64,000 nt of DNA. It comes from Malacoraja senta. Lineage: Eukaryota. Made by a program: the position numbers and the translations under genes. The stretch is taken from NCBI GenBank assembly GCA_038087875.1, contig CM075989.1:6262001-6326000 (forward strand). The letters run 5' to 3'. This document shows, in pieces, positions 63,409-64,000 of the stretch. Position 1 is the first letter of the stretch. Every line of letters starts with the position of its first letter. The notes beneath the pieces were generated by a model, which saw only the letters and a program-made list of their open reading frames with translations, searched no databases and was not told where the DNA came from.

Positions 63409-64000
63409 GTTTTTTTTTTGACTAAGAATTTCAACAATTTCATTTGTCGCTTGCTTTTTTGCTGTTGTTGTCGTGCCTTTTTACGGCGGGGAATCTTGGC
63501 GCCAAGCGGTCGAATACGCTGTCACTCGCACGAGGCCGGTGTCGACCAATCACTGCTTTGATGCAGCATGGAGGTGCAAGAAACTGCAGGCGCTGGAATC
63601 CTGCGGCAAAAAGACCCCAACCCAAAGTGCTGGAGGAACTCGACGGGACAGGCAGCATATGTCGAGGGAATGGACAGACGACGTTTCGGGTTGTGATTGT
63701 CTTCCAAAAAGGATTCTGAATGGGAAAATGTCATCTGTCCATTCCTTCCGCAGCTGCTGCCTGGCTCGCCGAGTTCCTCCAGCACAGTCACACAGTGCAG
63801 AAACACGCCCCTTGGCACAACTTTGGAGAGGTGTATGGGCAGGAAAGGTTTAGAGGGATGTGGGCCAAACCTGGGCATGTGGGACTAATATAGATGGGAC
63901 GTCATGGTTGCCATGGGCAAGTTGGGCCGAAGGGCCTATTCCCATGTTGTATGACTCTATAACTCATCCACGTTGACCAAGATGTCCCATCTAAGCTAGT

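Larger units (their letters stand above)
59416..63440 (+). other. Probable RGMA 3' UTR with TE insertions
   Basis: Follows the stop codon. The distal part (62600-63440) is AU-rich with miRNA and Pumilio motifs and ends at AGTAAA plus a GU-rich tract. Confidence 0.55.

Overview
Eukaryotic, repeat-dense genomic DNA. The repeat complement (HE1-type V-SINEs, CR1/HER1-like LINE ends) points to a cartilaginous fish, probably a skate or ray; this is an inference. The window holds one complete protein-coding gene on the + strand, RGMA (repulsive guidance molecule A). Its four coding exons are 10167-10180, 30721-30854, 47051-47559 and 58759-59415, all introns are GT-AG with matching phases, and the product is 437 aa with RGD and GDPH motifs and a GPI-type C-terminus. 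The 3' UTR probably runs to about 63440. The rest is largely transposon-derived: tRNA-headed SINEs, CR1, L2 and Rex/Babar LINE 3' fragments, a full-length but disabled Tc1 (DD34E) element, PIF/Harbinger-like MITEs, a probable Helitron-like element, and dozens of short Penelope-derived inserts. The most interesting non-obvious signal is that these Penelope inserts carry a minimal hammerhead-ribozyme core and often form fold-backs, on both strands of the RGMA pre-mRNA. Also notable are three perfect miR-17-family sites in the 3' UTR. Family names and homology calls come from recalled motifs, not database searches, and repeat boundaries are approximate. I found no convincing wholly new protein-coding system.
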